A stretch of DNA of 61,397 nt, counting the filler, from Sphacelaria rigidula (lineage: Eukaryota): the NCBI GenBank assembly GCA_964200075.2. It is 6 parts of 6 records of this genome, joined end to end, with 100 filler letters (N's around TTAATTAATTAA, not from the genome) between each part and the next. Parts side by side here need not be neighbours in the genome. Positions count along the whole stretch, not along the records: positions 1 to 10,150 come from CAXNAA020007025.1; positions 10,251 to 20,400 come from CAXNAA020007026.1; 4 more parts are not named here. The stretch is one strand, 5' to 3'. Both the position numbers and the translations under genes were made by a program. Positions 1 through 11,295 of this stretch are shown here, piece by piece. The notes under the pieces were generated by a model. It saw only the letters and a program-made list of their open reading frames with translations, searched no databases and was not told the DNA's origin. Within the stretch, counting starts at the first letter, position 1, and the number at the start of each line of letters is the position of its first letter.

Positions 1-350
1 TGAAGAGTCAACCTGTATACAACTTGCCAGTCCCGCATTAGCCCCAAGGTGGGAAAAATGTGCGGGCGCTCGTCCCCAACAAGTTGGCCAAGCAAGTTGT
101 ACATGACGTTCCCGACTCGTGATAATAAGAAATGCGTGACATGTACAATATATGCACCCAAATTTTCAGCGCAGAATTGACTTATGTGCCCATTATTTAC
201 CCCGGAAGTCATGGAAGGTATGAAGCGAGAACCTTCAGGTGATGCTGAGCCACGCACAAGCTAAGAAGCTGTATGAATTACAAATGATGTACGATTAGTA
301 TGATCTATTCATTGAAATGATGGCTCTGAGTTGACTAAGAGTCAACATGT
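1..350. repeat. Interspersed repeat family A (copies at ~1170-1660 and reversed at ~47220-47290)
   Basis: Shared motifs gtcccgcatt..aaggtgggaaa and gaattacaa.tgatgtacga..atgat.tattcattga.atgatg.ct.tgagttgact. Confidence 0.6.
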
Positions 351-1061
351 CACATCGCCAAATATTCCGAAAGCATCGTGCGCGCAGTCGGTACCGTTAC
401 CGTTCACAGTACGGTAGGGCATCACAGTAATGTTCTGTGTTATACTGCGCTGCTCTGTGTTGGGCTTGTTCTGTTGTGGTAAGTGTAGTGAGCCCGTGAG
501 TGTAGTGTAGTGCAGCGTACAGTGTTGTATTGTGGGAGCACACAGTACGCTGCCGTGCTGGTTTGTGCGGAACTGTGCCGTGAAGTGCTGTAGTGTGTAT
601 TGCAGTCTTGTCTAATGTAGCCTAGCCTAGCCTAGCCCAGCGTAGTGTGTCCTTGTTGCTGTGCTATGTTTTGTTGGGCCCGGACAAGGAAACCCCGAGT
701 GGGTTCCGTCAAGGTCTGTTTTTACACAGCAATTACCAACTGCGGTGAACCACCGTACACCACTGCGCAACTTTGTTCACGATGTGCAATCTACAATATC
801 CTCGATGTTTTTCCCCCGTACTATGGTACCGGCCACATCCCCTTCGCTGTCGGTTGTCGGTTAGTCTGAAGCACAGAAAATTGAAAAGTGCTTCGTGTAC
901 CGGCACGGCGGAGCAATTCGTACAGCTGCTTTCAGTATAATATTGCGTGTTTTCTCCCTGTGAGGTCCCACCACAACAGCATACGACCACGCCGTCGATG
1001 GTTCTTGATTGGAAGAACGCATCTTTCCACCATTACGCAGAGGTACCGCTCGTGCACGGTA

Positions 1062-1098
1062 CTAAACAGCCGCGGCGAACTGCCGCGCCTCCTTGTAC
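1062..1098 (-). CDS. Terminal coding exon of an unidentified gene (..YKEARQFAAAV*)
   Basis: Minus-strand acceptor ccggcAG|G TAC AAG GAG ... GTT TAG. Its phase-2 start completes the CT| left by exon 2494-2615. Confidence 0.55.
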
Positions 1099-1169
1099 CT
1101 GCCGGGTGTAGTGTTATGTTGACTCGCCATGATACGCAAGCAGTCATGCTGTATAAACCATTGGTCCGC

Positions 1170-1660
1170 TGAGTCGAGGGTGGATTACACATATGCAGCG
1201 CATTACCCATGGGAAAAAAATACGCGTGATACAGGCCCCATGAACATGAAATGGCAGAATTCAACTCTTTGCCGAGTGTTGGTCCCACATTCACTCGAGG
1301 GTGGATAACATATAACATATTGTGCAGTGCAGGCATCTTGCGCGCATTACAGGTTTGAGAAAAGTGTGTGTGGTTCAGGCCCCATGACTGCAGATTAATT
1401 AACCTTGTTGACTTAGGTAGGTCCCGCATTCATCCGAAGGTGGGAAACATATACCAGCGCTCACGTCGAACTTGTCGCACATGGCGTGCATGTACAAGCC
1501 ATTCACGCCTTGAGTCACGAAGAAGGGTTGACTGCGTGAATTACATCACGCCTTGAGTCATGAAGAAGGGTTGACTGCGTGAATTACAACTGATGTACGA
1601 ACCGCATGATTTATTCATTGAGATGATGACTTTGAGTTGACTCACGAGTTGATTTGTCCT
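1170..1660. repeat. Family A copy containing a 43-bp tandem duplication (~1505-1590)
   Basis: cacgccttgagtca(c/t)gaagaagggttgactgcgtgaattaca occurs twice in tandem; flanks resemble 1-350. Confidence 0.65.
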
Positions 1661-2493
1661 AACCGTGTAGTATTTCAGCTCAAAACTTCAGCTGTGCATT
1701 CCACTTGTTGTGTGACACCGTTGCGCCCTGCTGTATATATAGCTGGTATACAAGACTTGTACAAGGGCGGAAGATGGCGAGTTCAAATCCCGACAGATAC
1801 GTGACTTTGTTTCGCAGAATCTGCTTTCGTCGTTGCGTTCATACGTTATGCAGTACATTCGTCCTCAATCGTTGTTCCGCGGCAGAACGTGCGCATCAGC
1901 AGGTCGGTCTGCACTTCGCAGCGACATAGTTACATCGGGTCGATTCGAAAAACTGACGTTTTCATGTGCAGAGTAAATATGAGCTTTTGTTGTCACATTC
2001 AACAACCGAGACGAAGTACAAGTAGAGGCAAAAGGCTGCCAAATAGATCACAGGGCAGAGGGTAGCGTAGCGACACACGAATCACGCAGACGAGGAGAAT
2101 TAAAACTGTTAAAAGCGCCTGGTAGGGTACCGATATTAAGCGGCATTTCAGGCACTCTGGATAACTCAGTACTGGTTATCCGTAGGTACCTGCAGAATAC
2201 TAATAGTAGTGCTGTAAACATCCTGGAACACCTCGTGGGAGCGGTACCCTATCCCAACCATCAGTACAAGACTCAATTGCAGCAGTGGAAATACGTAAGA
2301 AAGAAGACACGAGAACAGCAAACATGAACAACGTGACCCAGAGTCAGGGCTGCAACCGAATAATCACACAAAACTTGCTCAAATTGCTATATATGTTATA
2401 CGATGCTGAACGTGAAATGGCGCTTTCGAGACAACACCAGCACCAGGACAAAAACAACAAAACCGAACTACACGTTTGGGGGTAAATACGTAC

Positions 2494-2615
2494 AGTTCGC
2501 GTAACAGAGAGGGAAGGTTCTCGTCACCGTAGACCACGATGGTCAGGTAGTTGTAGACCGGGATGGCCGTCAAGATCGTCGGGATCAGGATGCACGCTAT
2601 GACGTGTCGTTCCTC
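2494..2615 (-). CDS. Penultimate exon of an unidentified, probably membrane, protein (EERHVIACILIPTILTAIPVYNYLTIVVYGDENLPSLLREL)
   Basis: tctcAG| acceptor, |GTacgt donor, open frame with C/G-ending codons and a hydrophobic stretch. Phase matches exon 1062-1098. Confidence 0.6.
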
Positions 2616-3569
2616 CTGAGATTAGGGCGCCCACAACCAAACACACACGAACGCACGAAGAGATCGGACGAAACATTAACGGTGATCAATGGTCGAAAGA
2701 GAAGGGAAGTCTCATGAATCAGAGAGTCAACACCGCCGATCACTTGAGCGCCAGATACACCACAGATAGGCTCCAACTCGACTGATGGAAATATTGTACA
2801 GGCTGCTTCACGCTCATCACCCAAAAGACACTCATCGGCAAAACCTCACGCCGTTTGAAGAAGTGAGCCCTGAGATTTTGCATAGATGTTCTGTGAGGCA
2901 TTACGAGACTTTTGAAGGTCGAGTTTTCTTTACTCTTTGACTTTCTTCATTGTTTTTTCGGGGGTCCCAGTTTTGTCGGGTAAACATCGACCGAAACGTA
3001 CCCCCGTAAAACGAAAAAATAATACATCATTTATCCCAAGGTTGCGTAATGAACCATAGCACAGTTGTGCAAAAACTCAGGGTCGAACTCCTTGAAACGA
3101 CGTGAGGTTTTTCACTTTTGTCCGATGAAGTTTGCCGCGCCGCGGTGAAACCGCGTACTATTTTAGTACGAAAACGGTGTTTTTGGGGCTTCTTTGACCT
3201 GAACAATAAAATTCCAGCATCAGTTGATCGATTTTTGCAACGATTGTTTGTGGGGCCCTTCGTTGGGTTGTGCGGCGACAGCTCGTCCCCGGAAAAATGA
3301 AAATATATAGATCGTAGTGCCGGTTTTGCGGGGTCCCAGAATGGAGACTACTTCGAAAGACGACTTGGATCCTGTCGAACCCCCGAACAACGGTGAAAAA
3401 CTCGAGAGCCAAAAACACCTCGTCGATCGAAAGTTGCGCAATAACACATGGAATATTTGTGCAAAGTATCAGAGTCTAACTCCCAATGACGGCGTGAAGT
3501 TTTGCGCGGTTGTGAAGGACGTGGGCTTGAAACGTTCAAGGGTAGGTCGAGTAGAGTATGTACTTCTTT

Positions 3570-3735
3570 GATTTTGTCTGATGTCCCCATACCTTATCAT
3601 AGGTGCCTAGAATGTGACCACGGAAGGCGTCCGCATCAGATGCCCAGTACGAATATACCGCGCAGATATCGGAACGGTTTTTAATGCAAAGACAACGACG
3701 ACAACAACAACAAACAACAACAAACAACAAACAAC

Positions 3736-3790
<55 letters not shown>
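3570..3790 (+). mobile_element. 3' end of a non-LTR retroposon (LINE/SINE) with an (AAC)n tail
   Basis: gtgaccacggaagg.gtccgcatcagatgcccagtac...ggaacggttttt followed by (AAC)n. A near-identical copy lies at ~43236-43358. Confidence 0.75.
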
Positions 3791-4275
3791 TCTCCGTGAA
3801 ACTTGAGTATAGAGTATCTCTTGAGTATAACCTCAATACTCAAATTTTGAGTAGGTCGAGTACGGCCTCGAGTACTCTACTCAACTTTTGAGTACGTCTA
3901 GTATGGTCTCAAATACTCTACTCAAATATTGAGTAAGCACTCTTAGTAATACTTGAGTGTAGAGTATCACTTGAGTATGACCTCAATACTCTTGCCCAAA
4001 TGTCGAGTAAGCACTCTCAGTAATACTTGAGTACAGCCTCAAATACTCGACTCGTATTTTGAGTATGTTGAGTAGGGTTTGAAATACTCTACTCGAATTG
4101 TGAGTAGAGCGAGTACGACCTCAAATACTCGAGTCAAATATTGAGTAAGTACTCTCAGTAATACTTGAGAATGAAGCATCCCTTGGGTATGGTGAATTCC
4201 CCTGACAGTCGGCGAGCCCGTGACGTCACTTCACAGATTATGTTGAATGCATGGGCGAACAATGGCCATCAATTA

Positions 4276-5154
4276 GACCCACTTCTATGGCAGCGAATCT
4301 CGATTTGTTTGGGACCCCGATTTTGAAAAAATCGGAGGGACTCAAATTCGTGGAGTCAAGATCGGGGGGACCGTTTCATGGCACAGACAGTACAGTATCA
4401 CAGATTTGTGGAACGGTTCTTCTGTACACAAACGGTCATTTTCTGAATGAGCGTGGTACTACGTACACGTGCATGAAGGCGAAGAGCAGGCAGGCGGTAA
4501 ACAATCCTTTGAGTACAGTGTCGTGCGTGGGTACCCTGGGGTAATACACTGCACGACACTACATCAGTACAGTGCATGATAATGCCGGGTGGTGGTACAT
4601 GATGACACAGCCGGTATCGCGAGAACAGAGAACAATGCGCGAGCAGAGTTCAGTAGTGCAGTGCCGTACATCACCCCTCAAGTACAGTGACAACAGCTAG
4701 GAGAGTACAGTAGCGTTCGTTATTGTGATACATATTGCAGCGCAGTGCAGCATGAAATATAACTATCGCCGCAAGGTACGGCGTCAGCACTTATCATCCG
4801 CTTGTCAAACCCCGTGCGAAGTTGCTTCAGCAGCTGGGGCGGACAGTAGGCACGCCCTGTGCTGTCACGAGACTATCTTCTGCTGCTGTTGCAAAAATGT
4901 CAAACGCCTCGTACTCTAGCACTGTACGTCAATGCACGTACGTCACCTCAAAAATGGGGGGAATCACGATCTCGGAACGATTTTCCCCGATTTTTTCGAA
5001 AGATCGGGGGAAACCATTTCGAGATCGTGACTCTCCAATTTTTTCGCTCATGATTTAGTCCAAATCCGTGTCCATTAAATGCGTTCCCCGATTTACCCCC
5101 CTCCCCCCCGGTATTGAAAAAAATCGAGATTCGTGCTTGCCATAAAAGTGGGTC
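4276..5154. mobile_element. PIF/Harbinger (Tourist-like) MITE with TTA target-site duplication
   Basis: TIRs gacccacttctatggca..gaatctcgattt and aaatcgagattcgtgcttgccataaaagtgggtc, with TTA on both sides. A paralogous empty site is at ~27945-27975. Confidence 0.75.
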
Positions 5155-5317
5155 TTAAATGGGCGGCGTTACGTATAATATTCTCAAAATGAGTATGTCG
5201 TCTTTTTTCTTGTGTCTGCTCGACAGATTGTGAATCCTGAATTTTGTTCTGTTGCGCTGTCATCATGTACCCCATGACCCCTTTCGTCATCAGCTGTCTC
5301 CCCTTTTCCCTACTTGA

Positions 5318-5780
5318 CACTATATTCGTGAGATTCACAACCTAGTTTCAGATTCAGAGTCAGACCCGAAACAATTGACTTTCCCGTCGATGTTGACATC
5401 GCCACAGTTCGAGGNNNNNNNNNNCGCCCAGCTGGTGAAGCGGTGGCTTCAATGAAAGCTGTCACCTACACGATCAATTTGACACATCACTTGATCGCAA
5501 TGACGTAGTCAGTCCATTGCAACGAAAGACCCCCTCTTCCAGGGAAAATCGGTTATTAGTGTCTGAAACAGTTTCAGTTCCGAAATGCTCCCCCAGGCGT
5601 AAAAATGCTTTGTGCGGTATCTCACCAACCAGGACGCCGAATTCCTCGAATGGGGTACTGTACAGTAGCTGCATGCACAGGACGTGTGCTAAAGCCAAAG
5701 AAAAAAAAAGTTGCCTGCTAGGAACGCTAGAGATCCACTCTGAATCTGAAACTACGTTCTGAATTTCACGAATATGGTGT
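5318..5780. mobile_element. MITE with ~45-bp TIRs
   Basis: acactatattcgtgagattcacaacctagtttcagattcagagt versus actctgaatctgaaactacgttctgaatttcacgaatatggtgt; no coding capacity. Confidence 0.7.
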
Positions 5781-7602
5781 TACTTGTAGGCGGGTGAAAC
5801 GCGTCACACACCCAGTGACGTGTCCGGATGCCCGGGTATGGACTTCACACAAGACTTCGACTGCCAATCCGTCGATACGATTTTGACGATTTACAGTACC
5901 CCCGCCGGTTTACACGGTACAATCCGAATGCCCTTCGACAATACCCCAACATTCATTTTACCCTAGTTTTATAACATTTGGTTCTGATCCGAATGTTTGC
6001 TGAAGTTTGACATTGAATCAACACTCATCATGGATGGGCAACTATAGGAATACCTCGGTAATTCCTCTTTTCGAGTTCGAGTATCTTGCGCACGAACTTG
6101 AATATTGCAGTTCAAGTTATAGGTTTTCGGTACATCGGATCCGGCCTCAGATACTCTACTCAAATTTTGAGTAGGTCGAGTACGACCTCCAATACTCTAC
6201 TCAAATTTTGAGTAGGTCGAGTACGACCTCAAATACTCTACTCAAATATTGAGTAAGCACTCTCAGTCATACTTGAGTATGGAGTAGCACTTGAGTATGA
6301 CCTCAATACTGCACTCAATTTTTGAGTACGTTGAGTTTGGCCCCAAATACTTTACTCAAATTTTCAATACGTTGAGTTCGGCCTCCAATACTCTACTGAA
6401 ATTTTGAGTAGATCGAGCACGACCTAAAATAATCTACTTAAATATTGAGTAAGCACTCTCAGTAATACTTGAGTATAGAGTCACTTACGTATGACCTCAA
6501 TACACTACTCAAATTTCGAGTAGACTGAGTATGATCTCAAATACTGTACTCAGACTTCGAGTACTAAAAGTATGACTCTCCAAAACTACTGAGTATTGAA
6601 TATACTCTACTCGACCCATCCTTAGAAACGTTCAACTCCTGACTACTTGGTTTTAGTATGGACACGTCTTTCGGGGGGGATTTTACGTCAAGGCAAGAAA
6701 ACTGTGTGAGGTTCTCGAGTTTCTCTACTAAACTTTGTACATGTGTTCCTTGGACTATCCCGGGACGCATCATGTTGGCATTTCTATTTGGGGTATTCTG
6801 TGCCGCCTTCCGGGGGTCTTCATAATGAGATCCCCGGAAGCCGGTAAAAAACGGAGAAACTTTGAAATATTGTCAAGAATACAATTTTACCATCTTGAGC
6901 ATCAATATCTACGTAACTACCCAGTTTGAGGGCGACCTGAGCTTTTCTACAACAGATATAGGGGACACCGTCACGAGGCTCGCTAGGGCTTTCGTCCGCA
7001 ACATTACAGTAGTAGTGGAATTTCGACGACGTCAACACCCAACATCACCGAAACATCACGATTTCGGGTATAATTCGACCCCCGTAGTAACCGTTTTTGA
7101 ATATTTGTTTTTCGTTAGGTTCCCGAGCCGATGGCAGTTCCTACAATTTTGAGCATGTGGAGATTGGGTAAAAATTGGGCTTGGAATTCGTGATTTCGAT
7201 CTCGGAACAATTTGAAGGGTGCTGATTGGTCGATATAACTTTTCGTCCTTAGCGCTACCACTATGGCCTTAAACACAAATCCGGCTATGTTACGCTTTTG
7301 AGCTGTCCATGGCGGTCAGTATGACATCATCTATGCGACTATAGGGTACGTTCTACGAAAGTCATTGGCTAATGACACAATTTTGGGTGATATGCGTGAA
7401 CCAGCCTGCACAAAATCGAAGATGTTTAACTAATATCAACGAGTTGGACCTTGGACCTGTCACGTGGAAGTCATCAATCTGTTGGTCGGTATCGTTTTCC
7501 TTTCAAAAATAAGTGCAAAATCGAGGTGACCCAACCTGGTGGTCAAAGTATTTTTCGTTCGACACGCAACCAATCAATCGATCGATCAAGGTCTATCGTA
7601 AC

Positions 7603-8630
7603 ATGGCGACCACGGAACACCCTGTATCGTCTCACAAAGGGTGGTGCTCGCAAAGAGAGACGAGCTATTCGGTCATTTCATCCGAGTCACCATCGTTGAA
7701 GGCCCACCGGTGGTGATATTTCGAAAGGAGGTCTGGCGCCCGCGGGAGCAAGGCCTACCTGTACAGCTTTTCCACGAACATCATGCCTGTTCACAGATTG
7801 GTCATCAGCGTTTCATGGCCGACACAACAGAAAACATAGAAAACTCCATCTCCAACGAGCACGCCGGAAATGTATACGCGCGTACGGGGACTACGGACGC
7901 TCTTGTCTGGAAAAATGTGTGCATCTATGTAGAACTACGCCGGCGAGGGCTCCGAACACGTTCTCGTGGTCACTCCTGCTCCTTGGGTAAGGTACTTGCT
8001 TAAAATGTGTTGATGCTACAGCATAATGCGACATAGGCACGGTTTAGAGGACAGTGTCTCTCCCAGAAATGAGGAATGATAGTCGAGTTTAGGGGGGGTG
8101 TTGGGCAAGGCTTGAATTCACAAGGAGAAAAAAGCGCAATGCCGAATGATGGCGCTCGTTCAAGCGACTCAGACGAAATGCAAGCGGGCAATACTAAGCA
8201 AATCATGACCCGATGCGTCGGCCAAACGCAGAGCAGCGAGTGAAATGTTAAGTGCCAATGCATGACGCCCGCCAAGGGAGATCTGGCATGTCGGGAAAAG
8301 CGCACCCCGTGTTTTGTGTATTTTTCCACGGCCTAGAAATATTTGTCACGTACATCGTGCAGCAGGGAGTTCACTTCCGACACCTCCCTTCCTCCACACT
8401 GCACCCCAGGTGCTATCTTTCTCCACCTGGACGGGGGTAATAACTTGTGACTTACAGAAAGAAGCCATGGGAGCCTTCTGCGAGCAGACACATTGTACGC
8501 AACCGCGAGTCGGATCATCCGGGACATGTAGCAGCAACAGAACCCCACCATGGAATAATAATTAGCCTGGACGGAGGAACACGTGGCAGTCAACGAATAA
8601 CACCAAGTTGGAGGAGCAACATTGGGGGAG
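7603..8630 (+). CDS. Tentative 5' exons of an unknown gene (7603-7709, 7933-7986, 8458-8630)
   Basis: aacATGgcg start and a phase-compatible chain of GT-AG junctions, but two donors are weak and no protein motif is recognisable. Confidence 0.22.
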
Positions 8631-9174
8631 GTCAATCACCGTATGAACATGGATGAGCACGCCCGTGGTATGTAGGGCAAAGATTACGGAAGGAACCAAA
8701 AAACAAGACGGTTGTCATGATCACGTATGGTCCAGGCCCACTTTGATGTACATTTGCGGGCTTTGTTGTGTTGTGGCTTTCGCTTCTTGTTCTCGTACTT
8801 TCCTTCGCGCCGTAGTGTCGTGTAGCACGTCTGCGTATGACTGCAGCCTTCAAGTAGCAGGCGATACGAAAACGTAGCACACGGGTGTTGTGATTATGTG
8901 ATGTGCGCGCGCATGGGCTGGTGGGAAGATGGTTCGTCTGTCTGTTTCCTCACTCGAATTCCTCTATGTTATCTGCCCTTCTGCCTGCCTGTCCGTCCAT
9001 CCCCCCCTCTCCCCACCTCTCTCTCACCACTGGCAATGCCAAGACGTGCGGCATATAGCCGAACAAAGTGACGGACTCCATTGGAATTTGCCAAGCCATC
9101 ACAATGATTACATTGATTCCAGTCAGCACAGCCAATCGCGCCGACCTGCAAAGTCCCACAACAACACGTCCGGG

Positions 9175-9650
9175 GGAGGGGGCGGGAGCGGGGGGGGGGA
9201 AGTACTCATGGTCTTGTATGCCATCGTCACATGACCATTGACCTCGCATCCCTACAAAGCCGGGAAGGAGCATGCCGGGCTTTCGCTGAACCAGGCTCGC
9301 AATCAATCACCAAGCGCGAAGCGCCTTGATATGCTCGGCGAGTCGCATGATGGGTGAGCTCAATCCTGCTGAGACTTTTCGGCACAAAGTGTACTGGTCA
9401 TCTTGCATACAGATGACAGCTTACGATAAGCTGCTTCCTATTCTGGTAGCCCCCTTCCAGAGACAGTCACGGGTTACGCACGGCCTCGTGGGTGTCTAAT
9501 CAGTCAAGCACTATGTAGTATGATCATCTCCTTTGCGCGGAATCGAGGTTCTTCCACCCCGCACAATATGATCTAGCTAGACCACCATCATGGTTACCGC
9601 AGAAAAACGCAAGCGAGAAGAAAAAACGGTACCCTGGTTTCCTAGCATAA
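9175..9650 (+). repeat. High-copy interspersed repeat family C (Gn-gtactcatg...gcatccctacaaagccggga...)
   Basis: Further copies at ~15325-15640(+), ~17080-17195(-), ~20325-20400(+), ~23070-23325(+), ~24990-25300(-), ~51250-52000(-, two), ~57310-57510(-) and ~58575-58790(+). Confidence 0.8.
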
Positions 9651-9714
9651 CCCTATCGAGGCCGAGCCCCCAACTACCACAGGGTTGGCCATGCGTTAGT
9701 AGAACAAAAAGAAA

Positions 9715-9910
9715 GTAAGGGAGCGACCTGCCCAATCACAGCGAGGCGAAATCCACCGACCAGACCCGAACGACCAGTGCGGAGATTGTTACCGATTTTG
9801 ATGTAACTGTGAAGATCGTGTGGGGGCCCTGTTCCTGGCCCAGATGGACGCCTTCCTAGGTATCCAAAGCCCCGTAGTCAAATGATACCAAGCCGTAGGT
9901 TTCAGTATGA
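9715..9910 (+). repeat. Interspersed repeat with a second copy at ~28835-29010
   Basis: gagcgacctgcccaatcac.gcga.gcgaaat...gaccagacccgaacgaccag...aagatcgtgtggg.ggcc...cctggcccagat is shared. Confidence 0.7.
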
Positions 9911-10094
9911 TCGCATGCATAATTGGAGCAGTAGCAGGAGACAGGGGATCCGGGATGGATGCCCCTTATATGTGTAGTCCCTTGCTGTCTGGCCTGCTGG
10001 CGTTAGGTTAGCCGCTAGAACCGCCTAAGTATGGCGAAGTGTGGACAGAGGAAGTCTCAAAAGTGTTTTGTACTGAATATATCGACTATATAGT

Positions 10095-10150
10095 GTGTTG
10101 TCGTTGTGTGTGTGTTGTCGTCCCATTTATTCTGGGCATCAGTCTACACC
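10095..10150 (-). mobile_element. Truncated 3' tail of the tRNA-derived SINE at a contig end
   Basis: gtgtgtgttgtcgtcccatttattctgggcatcagtctacacc matches 41015-41058. Confidence 0.65.
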
Positions 10151-10250
10151 NNNNNNNNNNNNNNNNNNNNNNNNNNNNNNNNNNNNNNNNNNNNTTAATT
10201 AATTAANNNNNNNNNNNNNNNNNNNNNNNNNNNNNNNNNNNNNNNNNNNN
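10151..10250. other. Artificial contig spacer (N44-TTAATTAATTAA-N44)
   Basis: Identical 100-bp spacer five times; the 12-mer gives stops in all six frames. Confidence 0.97.
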
Positions 10251-10264
10251 GGTTGTAAGACTTT

Positions 10265-10295
<31 letters not shown>

Positions 10296-10309
10296 AAAAA
10301 CAAGAAGAA

Positions 10310-10870
10310 AATATCGACAGTATCGATATCCGCTCTCGATATTGATACGTATCGAAAAATATTGGCTTGGAAACCGGCGATCTCGATACGCTGTATCGAC
10401 GATGTTTATCGAAATCGTATCGATTTTCGATACCCCATTTTCAATACCCCATTTTCAACACTGACATATACGAGTTCACACCACTTCTACACAGCGTTTT
10501 CGTTTGTTACAACTACAGTAAAGTCAACTAAAATTTGTTGTTTGTCGACCAACTACCTGGTAGTTGTCAATACCCGATTTTCAATACCCGATTTTCAACG
10601 TTGACATATACGAGTTCGAACCACTACTATAGTGTACAGCGTTTTCATTTTTTTCCTACTATAGTCAACTAAAATTAGTTGTTCGTCGACCAACTACCTG
10701 GTAGTTGTTTGGAAACAACTAGTTGCCGGCGATTCTGAACAGTTCGTTGTTTGCAAACAACTAGTTGCACACGATTTTGATCAGTTAGTGTTTGTAAGCA
10801 ACTAGTTGCACACGATTCTAAACAGTTAGTTGTCTGAGAAACGACTACCAACTATTATTGTAGTTGTACA
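10310..10870. repeat. Palindrome-rich repeat: ATCGAT-rich head, ~140-bp direct duplication and three ~42-bp CAACTAGTTG units
   Basis: ~10430-10570 is duplicated at ~10570-10710. Units start at ~10715, ~10757 and ~10798. Confidence 0.65.
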
Positions 10871-10990
10871 GGGTGTGAAAGCTTTTGGTTGATCAGCTGG
10901 CTTGATCGCAGACGACAAATCATGCGCATCGACAACACTTTGTTTTCCGCTCGGCTAAGACAATAGTAATCAGCTCACACCTTATCCCAG

Positions 10991-11295
10991 AGAATTTTTC
11001 ACCACAAGGAGCCACGAAAGCTACAGCACCACGACCAGCAGCCACCGGTAGCCTCAATCTTAGAGCAGTAGCTCCTCTTGATGCCGTCCATGGTGAACAT
11101 GACGGGCCAGGACAGCCCGGTGCCTGTATATTGGAGTTGGCAGTGGGCGCGAGCAAAAGCAAAAGCAGTACTGGATGTGACACCCGTCTCCACGTTGATC
11201 CATACTTCACTTCGCACAATGAGCACCTCTTCATCATCCAGAACTCGACTTTCCTGCCGTCTGCGCAGGTCTGCGGCTGGCCTCGTGAGCCCTGG
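10991..11295 (+). CDS. Internal exon of an unidentified protein (..CDTRLHVDPYFTSHNEHLFIIQNSTFLPSAQVCGWPREPW)
   Basis: atcccAG| acceptor, 305-nt open frame and a canonical |GTGAGT donor in phase 0. Confidence 0.55.

Larger units (their letters stand above)
3529..6632. mobile_element. TIR-bounded non-autonomous element with subterminal arrays of a 41-bp palindromic unit
   Basis: Left end aaacgttcaagggtaggtcgagtagagtat and right end atactctactcgacccatccttagaaacgtt are imperfect inverted repeats. Arrays lie at ~3800-4190 and ~6145-6600 (41-bp period, e.g. 6151 and 6192). Confidence 0.7.
2880..7440. mobile_element. Non-autonomous host repeat (family B) split by a nested insertion at ~3529-6632; related pieces at ~49840-50460 and ~58790-59840
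   Basis: 7140-7330 matches the reverse complement of 58850-59040. Joining the flanks at ~3490-3528 and ~6633-6665 reproduces the reverse complement of 50020-50100. Confidence 0.55.

Noticed and set aside
2494..2615. ERD2/KDEL receptor identity for this exon
   Set aside because: The next phase-compatible exon terminates the protein; the WTFSIYLE/LPQL motifs are absent.
3536..3843. Poly-L, poly-N and poly-T ORFs
   Set aside because: They are translations of the (AAC)n retroposon tail.
3800..6600. 41-bp palindromic arrays as a CRISPR array
   Set aside because: Units are contiguous with no unique spacers, there are no cas genes, and the context is eukaryotic and transposon-like.
10195..10206. 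TTAATTAATTAA recurring every ~10.25 kb as a biological motif
   Set aside because: It is embedded in N runs and is a synthetic six-frame-stop linker.
8458..11295. Splicing candidate exon 8458-8630 to exon 10991-11295 (phases are compatible)
   Set aside because: The join crosses an artificial spacer between unrelated contigs.
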